Assembly: GCA_965246715.1 (NCBI GenBank)
Contig: CBDFFH010000020.1
Coordinates: 197,726-261,725, forward strand
DNA length: 64,000 nt
Direction: 5' to 3'
Origin: Chamaesiphon sp.
GTDB taxonomy: Bacteria; Cyanobacteriota; Cyanobacteriia; Cyanobacteriales; Chamaesiphonaceae
Shown: positions 21,201-30,000 of the stretch, piece after piece
Numbering within the stretch: the stretch's first letter is position 1
How the letters are laid out: each line of letters begins with the position of its first letter
Program-made: the position numbers and the translations under genes
Notes under the pieces: model-generated
What the model saw: the letters and a program-made list of their open reading frames with translations, nothing else
What the model was told of the DNA's origin: nothing
The model's database searches: none

Positions 21201-21237
21201 GTTACAACCCTCATCAGCCTAAAATAACTGATGTCAC
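21201..21237 (-). CRISPR. Solitary degenerate CRISPR repeat just downstream of cas7
   Basis: Minus strand reads GTGACATCAGTTATTTTAGGCTGATGAGGGTTGTAAC, 37 nt, with the hairpin and 3' handle of the array repeat. Confidence 0.85.
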
Positions 21238-21253
21238 TATGATTTACTCTTAT

Positions 21254-22114
21254 TTAAGCTAACTTATTAATAATTGGTGGATATTGAGTTTGCAGTCCTG
21301 CGATCGCATCACTCAGTCGAGTTAAGATTACACCTTCGGGAGCAGTACTTAAATCGATGCTATGAGTCTGTGTGTGCTCATCAACATTAACACTGACTAA
21401 ATTAGAGATCTTATTCAATTGAGCATTACCGTAAGGAGTACTATGTGTCGCCACGACACATTCAATCAAATCCCATTCACCCCGCTGTAAACTGGCTGTT
21501 TGCATTGCATGGTGCCATAGACAAATTAGCCATTGCCCCATATATTCAGCATCGATAATATTATTACGTTGCTTGTTAATGCAAGCATTAAATGTTCCTG
21601 TACCCTTGGTAACTACCCAATCAATATAAGAAGCATTACCCATCGTGCGATTCCCTTTGGAGTTAGTTGTTGCACTGGTGACGGCTTGTTCGATCGGCGA
21701 AGGGATATTGATTGAAACAGATGGATAGAGTCGATAAATTCCGCGAAAGCCTGTATCAATTACTTCTTTTTTATCTTTGCCAAAACTGGCGAATAATCCA
21801 CCATTGCCACGCCTATCCCAATAATCTCCCATCAGATCGGCTGGAGTCTTTTTATCTTTGATATATTTCTGCTGGATATCATCTAAATTATTGCCACTAT
21901 GATATAAATTACTGACACCATATAATAGTTCCGCCGTTTGGTTAATGCGGTTACTCATACTCGTTGGGGTAGCATAAATATGGCTATTGGGAAGCTGACG
22001 TGGTGCATTTCCAGCATTGGGATCGCCATTTGGATTACAGATGCGTCCTTCCATAATCATCACGTAGTCATGGCGGACAGAGGGATTGGTAACAATCGTC
22101 GTTGGATTAGACAT
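21254..22114 (-). CDS. cas7: Cas7 (Csd2-like), type I-C
   Basis: N-terminal DYVMIMEGRICNPNGDPNAGNAPRQ matches the Cas7c NPNGDP motif; YWDRR.NG; HSTPYGNA. Confidence 0.88.
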   Translation of the reverse strand: MSNPTTIVTNPSVRHDYVMIMEGRICNPNGDPNAGNAPRQLPNSHIYATPTSMSNRINQTAELLYGVSNLYHSGNNLDDIQQKYIKDKKTPADLMGDYWDRRGNGGLFASFGKDKKEVIDTGFRGIYRLYPSVSINIPSPIEQAVTSATTNSKGNRTMGNASYIDWVVTKGTGTFNACINKQRNNIIDAEYMGQWLICLWHHAMQTASLQRGEWDLIECVVATHSTPYGNAQLNKISNLVSVNVDEHTQTHSIDLSTAPEGVILTRLSDAIAGLQTQYPPIINKLA

Positions 22115-22168
22115 AGTTGGTAATTATTGAGATAAAGATGATTAGGTATTTTTGTCTGTGGTTGGCAA

Positions 22169-23854
22169 TTATTCGGATGTTTTTCCGACAGTAGCAGTGC
22201 GCCTTGCTTCCTGAAATTGGCTGATTCCCAGAGCTAAGAAAAAGGCTTGTTCGTCAGTCCAGCGTTTAGGTGGAGAAGCATTGGGGCAATCTTCTCCAAG
22301 TTCAGAGAAAGTTTTGTCGTACCAAACAGCTTTATCCGGTCTTGCGGCTAAGTAGGGAATAACTTTGGTGATGATTTGGGCAAAGCCCTGTGCTGGAGAA
22401 CTGAAGAGAGTTTGACGATAAGAATCAAGGGGATCTTTCCACCCTTCTCCTGGTGCCGCACTACGGGCAGCATAATAATAAGACATGGTTTTGCAAGCAG
22501 CAAAAACTCGTCCGACATGCCATGCAAATAAATTATCTGGTGTTGTTTCTGGTTTCATCATTCGATCGCCTTCTATAAAATTAGGGGAAAGCCAAGCTAA
22601 ATAAGCAATTTGTGCCCATTCTCGGTTTGATTTTTTTGCGTTGGGGTTGGGAACACCCTCAATTTTGAGCCGATGAATAACACTGTTGGTAATTGCTTGG
22701 GGCGGCAAATGACCGTTAATCATGGCTTCAAAAATCTGTTCGTTAGCTTTGGTAACTGCTTGTTTGCTGCTACCTTCAGCCACTGTTAACGCACCAAACA
22801 CCCAATAAGGCTTGGAAATTGTCAGATAACGTCGCTGTTGCTGATGGTAAAAAAGCAGATTATTCAGGAGTTTTAGAATAGATAGATCGGTTATCTGTCC
22901 GATTGCAGCCCGTCCCTTACCACTACCACCAATCCCAATATAGCCACAAGCAATTTTTAGATCTTCTGGTATTTTTCCAATACTTTTGGCTCCAATATTG
23001 ACTAAATTGATAATGTCTTCCAATGCTTGAACGGGATCTAAATCGGCGGCTCCATCCGAACCAAAAAAAGCGGCAATCTCCTTACCTGCTTCACTAATTG
23101 CTGCCATCTCTGGCAATGCCCCCCAGACCCAATAAAGACCGCCTCCTAGCCAGATGTTATGACCTTTGGCTTCTAGTAACTCCGTATATCGCTGAGTTGC
23201 AATTACAGCTTTTTCCGCTGAGATGTTGAGCGCAATTTTTTCATGTTGTCCCCACGAACGAAACATATCATCGTTGCATCCTAGCAGCGGAGCCGCTAAT
23301 TTCTTCGAGTGGATTCTGGGTAAAGTTCCTAGCAAATTTCCATCACCATTACCGATCGCCCGTTCCAAAGTTTGAGCTGCATGAACAGATCGAATTGCGG
23401 GTAGATCGTGGATATAAGTCCCGTCTTCTAGTCGCCAGACAATACGCCCATTTTCGATCGCGGTAATATCTGCTTTCGGTTTTTCAGCGATTTGTCGCTC
23501 TAATTCTAGTGGACGATCTGACTGCATCCAATCGACGATCCATTGTAACTCTGGAACTTCTAGACAGCGTTGCTTCAAAGCTTCAACCATCGCCGCAAAA
23601 GCTTGGGGCTTGCGAGTCGGATGGTAATAATCTAATTTGTCCGACCCGACAATTGGTGCAATCCCCGAAGTGCGGGGCAGATCTGGCAACCAAAAGCGTT
23701 TACGGGTTTTGTTATCTGTTTCCAGTGGCATTAGATCTGCGGCGGAACCAATTTGTCCATTAGCTCCAAGTAGAATTTCAATGCCCACATCCATTGGCGT
23801 ATAGCCATAGGGACGATCGATTCCCGTCGGAGAGACAACTGAATTAATTTGCAT
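22169..23854 (-). CDS. cas8c: Cas8c (Csd1-like) large subunit
   Basis: Lies between cas5 and cas7; PRTSGIAP..DKLDY and C-terminal AWHVGRVFA...EQAFFLALG; probable start ATG 23854 with GGAG RBS, overlapping the cas5 stop. Confidence 0.8.
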   Translation of the reverse strand: MQINSVVSPTGIDRPYGYTPMDVGIEILLGANGQIGSAADLMPLETDNKTRKRFWLPDLPRTSGIAPIVGSDKLDYYHPTRKPQAFAAMVEALKQRCLEVPELQWIVDWMQSDRPLELERQIAEKPKADITAIENGRIVWRLEDGTYIHDLPAIRSVHAAQTLERAIGNGDGNLLGTLPRIHSKKLAAPLLGCNDDMFRSWGQHEKIALNISAEKAVIATQRYTELLEAKGHNIWLGGGLYWVWGALPEMAAISEAGKEIAAFFGSDGAADLDPVQALEDIINLVNIGAKSIGKIPEDLKIACGYIGIGGSGKGRAAIGQITDLSILKLLNNLLFYHQQQRRYLTISKPYWVFGALTVAEGSSKQAVTKANEQIFEAMINGHLPPQAITNSVIHRLKIEGVPNPNAKKSNREWAQIAYLAWLSPNFIEGDRMMKPETTPDNLFAWHVGRVFAACKTMSYYYAARSAAPGEGWKDPLDSYRQTLFSSPAQGFAQIITKVIPYLAARPDKAVWYDKTFSELGEDCPNASPPKRWTDEQAFFLALGISQFQEARRTATVGKTSE

Positions 23855-24521
23855 AGCCGCCTTCTCCACGTCGGGGATATGCCGGAACTGTGACCACTCC
23901 ATCAATTATCTTGGCTTCAAACATCACTGCTGCGCCCGTGACTCGTTCCATCGGTCGATCGGCGAGCATTGCTGTTGTTCGACGGGCAAATGTCTTCTTG
24001 ACAGGTTTAGAGGTGGGTTCCCAAGTCCAATAGTGAGGCATTCTCCCTAGACTCATTTGTTTTATATCGATCGGTGCTGGACTAACAGCATCCTTGGCTA
24101 GTAGCTCTACCGTGGCAGGGTAATCACTGATGCCCATGCTAGGTTGATAATAGTGTTGTCCGCTCAGGAGTCTTCGAGCTAGTTGACCGATTCGTTCCTT
24201 CGAGTCAACTTCGCTGTCACAGTCTAGCCAGAAATCCACTAAATATTTTGGTTCTACGAGTAGCTCATAAGTTCTTAGCCAGGGATCGCCCGTTTGGTGA
24301 TTGAGTTGGGTGACAGTCTCAGTTGTGTAGGAGATCGGATTTAATATAGAAATCGATTTGACCTGAACTGACTGACCTGGATGCCAATAAACTGCATTAA
24401 TTATTCCTTCCACTGCGGTGGGGGTAATAATCGGGTATGTACTCGGTTCGCCTGGATTACCAGGTCTTTGAAAGTGCCCAAGTGGAGCACTAATGATTAC
24501 TTTCAAACGACTCACTCCCAT
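23844..24521 (-). CDS. cas5: Cas5c (Cas5d), crRNA-processing Cascade subunit
   Basis: FQRP...STYPIITPTAVEGIINAVYWHP and YYQPSMG match type I-C Cas5 motifs. Confidence 0.9.
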   Translation of the reverse strand: MGVSRLKVIISAPLGHFQRPGNPGEPSTYPIITPTAVEGIINAVYWHPGQSVQVKSISILNPISYTTETVTQLNHQTGDPWLRTYELLVEPKYLVDFWLDCDSEVDSKERIGQLARRLLSGQHYYQPSMGISDYPATVELLAKDAVSPAPIDIKQMSLGRMPHYWTWEPTSKPVKKTFARRTTAMLADRPMERVTGAAVMFEAKIIDGVVTVPAYPRRGEGGYAN

Positions 24522-24543
24522 GCACTAATTTGACTTCTATCTA

Positions 24544-24572
24544 ATATTAGCGATATCATTTGAAAATAGCAA
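24544..24572 (-). promoter_or_regulatory. Putative sigma70 promoter of cas5-cas8c-cas7
   Basis: TTGCTA-N17-TAATAT on the minus strand, with the -10 ending about 22 nt before the cas5 ATG. Confidence 0.7.
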
Positions 24573-24573
24573 C

Positions 24574-24608
24574 AAAAAACATCACTCAGTTTAATGAATG
24601 ATGTTTTT
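24574..24608 (-). terminator. Intrinsic terminator closing the mini-array transcript
   Basis: AAAAACATCATTCA-TTAAAC-TGAGTGATGTTTTTT hairpin with U tract on the minus strand. Confidence 0.75.
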
Positions 24609-24717
24609 ATGCTCGCCAGTATTAGATATTTACAACCCTCATCAGCTTTTCAAGGCTGGTGTCATCTCTCAATTGTAGATCTTACAACCCTCATCAGCCC
24701 CGAAAAAATGGTGTCAC
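24609..24717 (-). ncRNA. crRNA-like mini-array (repeat, 15-nt spacer, repeat, 20-nt guide); CreR-like
   Basis: Degenerate 37-nt repeats at 24681-24717 and 24629-24665; the guide TATCTAATACTGGCGA matches 24538-24553 at 14/16 behind TTC; candidate promoter TTGAGA-N18-TAAGAT at 24735-24764. Confidence 0.85.
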
Positions 24718-24765
24718 TGTAGCTCGTCTATAACATCTTACCTACCATTCTCTTACGATCTCAAT

Positions 24766-26916
24766 ATGATTCTCACACCTCTAGCTCGTCCGAATCAACC
24801 ACTGTTGGCACACTTACTCGGAGTCGGTCATCATACTGGTCGATTATGCTCTTCCCAATCGGATTGGGCAAGGTTAATTGGATTGCTACACGATTATGGT
24901 AAATATCGCCCTGAATGGGTAGAGGGGATAAATGCAATTGCCAATGGGGAAAATCAGGACAAGCTTCCTGATCATGCTGTCGAAGGTGCGCTGTATCTAA
25001 TCGAGATGTTTCCAGATCGATCTCATTTTAAGGTGAGGGCGTTAGCATTATTAATTGCTGCTCACCACGGTGGTCTGGGGGATCTGAAGCCAAGCATGGA
25101 TTGGTTAGCAGGAAAGGATTCTGCTCGTCCGCTCCCAGATATGGATCGTTGTCAATGGAAGATTGATGATAAGTATTTAGTTGAAGTAAAAAAGACGATC
25201 GCTGTTGCTAAATATAGTGATTTAGATACTTGGATGCCTCCTAATGACTATCGTACCGCTCAACGACTGCGATTTTTGTATGGTGCGCTAATTGCTGCCG
25301 ATCGACAGGATGCAGCGATGAGTGATGGATGGAAACCTGCTACATATTGCTCGATGACAACACTGGCAGATAAATTGGCTACTTGGTATGAATCGAAATT
25401 TAGCCAGCCTGAAAATCCCTTGGATAGATTGCGGGGTGATTTTTATACTGAGTGCCGGAAGGCAGCAAAGCTTGAACCAGGCTGGTTATCAGTGCGTGGG
25501 CCATGTGGTATATCCAAGACTTGGAGCGTGATGCAAATGGCTCTCGATCGTGCAGCCCAATGGGATAAACAAAAGGTGATTTATTGTGTGCCTTGGACGG
25601 CAATTTTAGGGCAGTCTTACAACCAGTACCAGGAGGTATTAGGTGCTGATAATGTTCTCGGACACTGGAGTACGTTAGTCGATCCTAAAACTCAAGATCC
25701 TGAGCAACTTCGTAACTCTCGACAGTGGTGGGAAACTCCCGTTATCGCTACGACAATGGTGCAACTGTTTGATGTGTTACTAGGATCTAGAGCGCGGACG
25801 GCGCAACGGATGCCCAGTTTGCAAAATGCTGTGATTGTCTTGGATGAAGTGCAGGGATTACCGAATGAGCTACTCATTACTTGCATTAAAGTACTCGACC
25901 AGCTAGTTCAAGACCACGGAGTAACGATTATCCTGTCTACGGCAACTATGCCAGATTACGCACCTTTGGGCATTAACCCGATCGAAGCACTTCCTCAGAC
26001 TAAAGTTGATGAATATTTTGAGGGAACTAAACGGGTCGAATATCGATGGGCTGAGGAACCCCTAACATGGGAATCCATCGCCGCTGAAATCGTCCAATCT
26101 CAAAAAAGTAGCACCCTGATTGTGACAAATACTGTGGCTGCTTGTGATGATGTTTATACTGTTATGCAGTCTCTGCCAAATCATCGAGTCTATAAATATA
26201 CTGCAAGTATGTCTCCTGCCCATCGTGCTGTGGTCTTGGCAGAGATTAAGGCAGCGGTTAATGAAGCAAAAGAAGGCGGCAATCCTGTAATTATTTGTGC
26301 GACTAGCGCGATCGAAACGGGTGTAGATCTCGATTGTACTCAGGGCTATCGCGAACTATCAGGATTAGAATCGATCGTGCAGTTTGCCGGAAGAATCAAC
26401 CGGAATAAGAAGGATAGTGAGTGTCCTGTGACTATATTTAAAACTGTAAAACATTATCCAGTCCCACCTGGTAGCGATCGACGCACAACTCGCACTTTAC
26501 AGGCTATGGCAATGGGTACCGATCTACAGTCCCCCAATGTATTGGCATTTTACAGTCAGCTAATTTTCCAAGATGCGCTTTCATCACAGCAAAATCCCAA
26601 TGTTTATAATTACTTGGAGGGTCTTAAAAAGTTGGAATGGGAGACTGTCAGCCAAAAATGGCAAATGATTTCTCCGACAACTCCAGTATTAGTCGATCCT
26701 CGCTTATGGGATGCCTCTGTTAGTATTCTTGCTGAATATGATGAGGCCATGAGCGAGGCTAATTATCGCGTCTTACAGCGGCACTGTATTGGTATGTACA
26801 AGCGCAAGTACCAACAAGCTAAAGACGATCGATGTATTGTTGAGAGTCAAATCAAAGGTCTAGATGAATGGGTTGGTATTTATGACATGGGTGTAATCCT
26901 CAACGCGAACCCCTAG
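24766..26916 (+). CDS. cas3: Cas3 HD nuclease-helicase
   Basis: LLAHL, GLLHDYGK, AHHGGL, ADRQD; variant Walker A GPCGISKT, LDEVQ, SAT, ETGVDLD, QFAGRINR. Confidence 0.95.
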   Translation: MILTPLARPNQPLLAHLLGVGHHTGRLCSSQSDWARLIGLLHDYGKYRPEWVEGINAIANGENQDKLPDHAVEGALYLIEMFPDRSHFKVRALALLIAAHHGGLGDLKPSMDWLAGKDSARPLPDMDRCQWKIDDKYLVEVKKTIAVAKYSDLDTWMPPNDYRTAQRLRFLYGALIAADRQDAAMSDGWKPATYCSMTTLADKLATWYESKFSQPENPLDRLRGDFYTECRKAAKLEPGWLSVRGPCGISKTWSVMQMALDRAAQWDKQKVIYCVPWTAILGQSYNQYQEVLGADNVLGHWSTLVDPKTQDPEQLRNSRQWWETPVIATTMVQLFDVLLGSRARTAQRMPSLQNAVIVLDEVQGLPNELLITCIKVLDQLVQDHGVTIILSTATMPDYAPLGINPIEALPQTKVDEYFEGTKRVEYRWAEEPLTWESIAAEIVQSQKSSTLIVTNTVAACDDVYTVMQSLPNHRVYKYTASMSPAHRAVVLAEIKAAVNEAKEGGNPVIICATSAIETGVDLDCTQGYRELSGLESIVQFAGRINRNKKDSECPVTIFKTVKHYPVPPGSDRRTTRTLQAMAMGTDLQSPNVLAFYSQLIFQDALSSQQNPNVYNYLEGLKKLEWETVSQKWQMISPTTPVLVDPRLWDASVSILAEYDEAMSEANYRVLQRHCIGMYKRKYQQAKDDRCIVESQIKGLDEWVGIYDMGVILNANP

Positions 26917-27072
26917 TGATGGTCAAATTCCCAGGAGGTTCGCGATCGCATACACAGTAAAGACTATGAGCATTTAGGTGTTATTCTGAAGGGATGAATT
27001 TATCAGCCAAACTACAGGTTCGCGATCTACAGGGGTGTAATGCTTGCTGTATAGGCGTTGTGGATGGCTGCA
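26904..27072 (+). promoter_or_regulatory. CRISPR leader
   Basis: Precedes the conserved end of the array; inverted repeat CGCGAACC/GGTTCGCG (26904-26944) and direct repeat AGGTTCGCGATC (26936, 27016). Confidence 0.75.
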
Positions 27073-30000
27073 GTGACACCAGTCCTTCGGGGCTGGTGAG
27101 GGTTGTAAGCTAGCGAAATTGTCCCACTTACTTACACCACTTCGTGACACCAGTCCTTCGGGGCTGGTGAGGGTTGTAAGTTGCCGGGTAGTCTCGCCGA
27201 AAAGCAGCAAGCCTACGAGGTGACACCAGTCCTTCGGGGCTGGTGAGGGTTGTAAGACATAAACCGTATAGCTAGCGGTAGCTGTGGCTGGAGCAGGTGA
27301 CACCAGTCCTTCGGGGCTGGTGAGGGTTGTAAGTAAATACTGGCAAAGATGATCCAAATTTAAAAGGGGTGACACCAGTCCTTCGGGGCTGGTGAGGGTT
27401 GTAAGATCGAAATTGCCAGCAAAACGGTAGTTCTTACCCCGTGACACCAGTCCTTCGGGGCTGGTGAGGGTTGTAAGTCGATCGTTATCATCTCCGATGA
27501 GAGGCAGAATAACCGCGTGACACCAGTCCTTCGGGGCTGGTGAGGGTTGTAAGGAGTGGGGAGCGGCGATTCTCGCCCTTAAGGCGTGACACCAGTCCTT
27601 CGGGGCTGGTGAGGGTTGTAAGACTCGATCGGGCAACAACAAGGCACTCAGTACTATGTGACACCAGTCCTTCGGGGCTGGTGAGGGTTGTAAGGGGTTT
27701 GTCTGTTTGCTCCGTTGCAGAGGGATAGATGTGACACCAGTCCTTCGGGGCTGGTGAGGGTTGTAAGAAGTAGTATTACTGCAAAACAACAATCATTTGG
27801 AGTGACACCAGTCCTTCGGGGCTGGTGAGGGTTGTAAGAAAGTCGATAATTTCGTATGGCTTGGTGCTGGGTGACACCAGTCCTTCGGGGCTGGTGAGGG
27901 TTGTAAGTCAACGATCGATTGCCGATCTCGATCCACTCCCGCGTGACACCAGTCCTTCGGGGCTGGTGAGGGTTGTAAGTAGGATCGGTGTAGCACTTGG
28001 CAGAGTCGGGGATAGTGACACCAGTCCTTCGGGGCTGGTGAGGGTTGTAAGGCCGATTGTTCTGAAACCCATCTTGACAGACTTTAGTGACACCAGTCCT
28101 TCGGGGCTGGTGAGGGTTGTAAGCTCGATACCACCGATCGAGCGGTCCGTCTCGATGTGACACCAGTCCTTCGGGGCTGGTGAGGGTTGTAAGTGAGTTA
28201 GATCGGATGGGCCGATCGATTGTAGTGACACCAGTCCTTCGGGGCTGGTGAGGGTTGTAAGAGACATGATTCGATCGGCATGATGACATCATATTCATGT
28301 GACACCAGTCCTTCGGGGCTGGTGAGGGTTGTAAGAATTTAATTAATCACTTAATATCATAACTCTCTGTGACACCAGTCCTTCGGGGCTGGTGAGGGTT
28401 GTAAGCAAATCATTGCTTACTGGTGCTAGTTGTGGCTGGCAGTGACACCAGTCCTTCGGGGCTGGTGAGGGTTGTAAGGGATGGCTAATCACACAACTGT
28501 CTATCACCATAAACCCACGTGACACCAGTCCTTCGGGGCTGGTGAGGGTTGTAAGAACGCGATCGCTCAACCAGGCGATGCAAGCGCGGTGACACCAGTC
28601 CTTCGGGGCTGGTGAGGGTTGTAAGACCATTTTGATAGTAAATCCGATCTGTTTCTATGTGACACCAGTCCTTCGGGGCTGGTGAGGGTTGTAAGCAATA
28701 CTTAAATTCTCCGTGCACCGAGAAATACAATGTGACACCAGTCCTTCGGGGCTGGTGAGGGTTGTAAGGAGCCAATAGACAATTGGAGCTAAGAGTTGTA
28801 GTTGAGTGTGACACCAGTCCTTCGGGGCTGGTGAGGGTTGTAAGTGTTGATAATCGCACCAGCTGGCAGGATTAACGCAGTATCAGGTGACACCAGTCCT
28901 TCGGGGCTGGTGAGGGTTGTAAGCTTAAACTAAGCGGAATCACTAAAAACGAAATGCTGTGACACCAGTCCTTCGGGGCTGGTGAGGGTTGTAAGTTTGA
29001 GTATTATAGGGAGACTAGAGCGGGCAAGAATTTTGTGACACCAGTCCTTCGGGGCTGGTGAGGGTTGTAAGTTTGGGCAAGTCTTCTACCGACCATTCAG
29101 ATGCGTGACACCAGTCCTTCGGGGCTGGTGAGGGTTGTAAGATGAGAATTCGCCCAGTCATCGCAAACTCGAAGTGACACCAGTCCTTCGGGGCTGGTGA
29201 GGGTTGTAAGTCAGGGACTTGCTCTTTTGAAATCGAGGATGGGGAGGTGACACCAGTCCTTCGGGGCTGGTGAGGGTTGTAAGAATTTGATTGCCCGCAG
29301 GATGACGATACAAATAGGTGACACCAGTCCTTCGGGGCTGGTGAGGGTTGTAAGTGCCAGCATGAGTGTTAACACCATTAACAGCCGTGACACCAGTCCT
29401 TCGGGGCTGGTGAGGGTTGTAAGTAGAACATTGAAATTGTTGAATATTATCTGTGTGACACCAGTCCTTCGGGGCTGGTGAGGGTTGTAAGGCAAATGCC
29501 GTATCGCAGCGATCGAGATGCTCCGTGACACCAGTCCTTCGGGGCTGGTGAGGGTTGTAAGCGTCCATATCGAGTATAGTCACTGACTCAAATGTGACAC
29601 CAGTCCTTCGGGGCTGGTGAGGGTTGTAAGTGGAAGCTATGTAAAAATTCTCGATCGCTACCCAGGTGACACCAGTCCTTCGGGGCTGGTGAGGGTTGTA
29701 AGAAAACAATGACATTAGTAAACAAAATTGAATCGATTGTGACACCAGTCCTTCGGGGCTGGTGAGGGTTGTAAGAGCCCGAAACGGCTAGCCACAGCTC
29801 AAAACTCATTGTGACACCAGTCCTTCGGGGCTGGTGAGGGTTGTAAGACGACAGCAAGTCAAACACTGATTTTACCGACGGTGACACCAGTCCTTCGGGG
29901 CTGGTGAGGGTTGTAAGCAATTGTGTCCGTGTCCGGGGTCTGATACGCTGTGATGTGACACCAGTCCTTCGGGGCTGGTGAGGGTTTGTAAGGGGAATAA

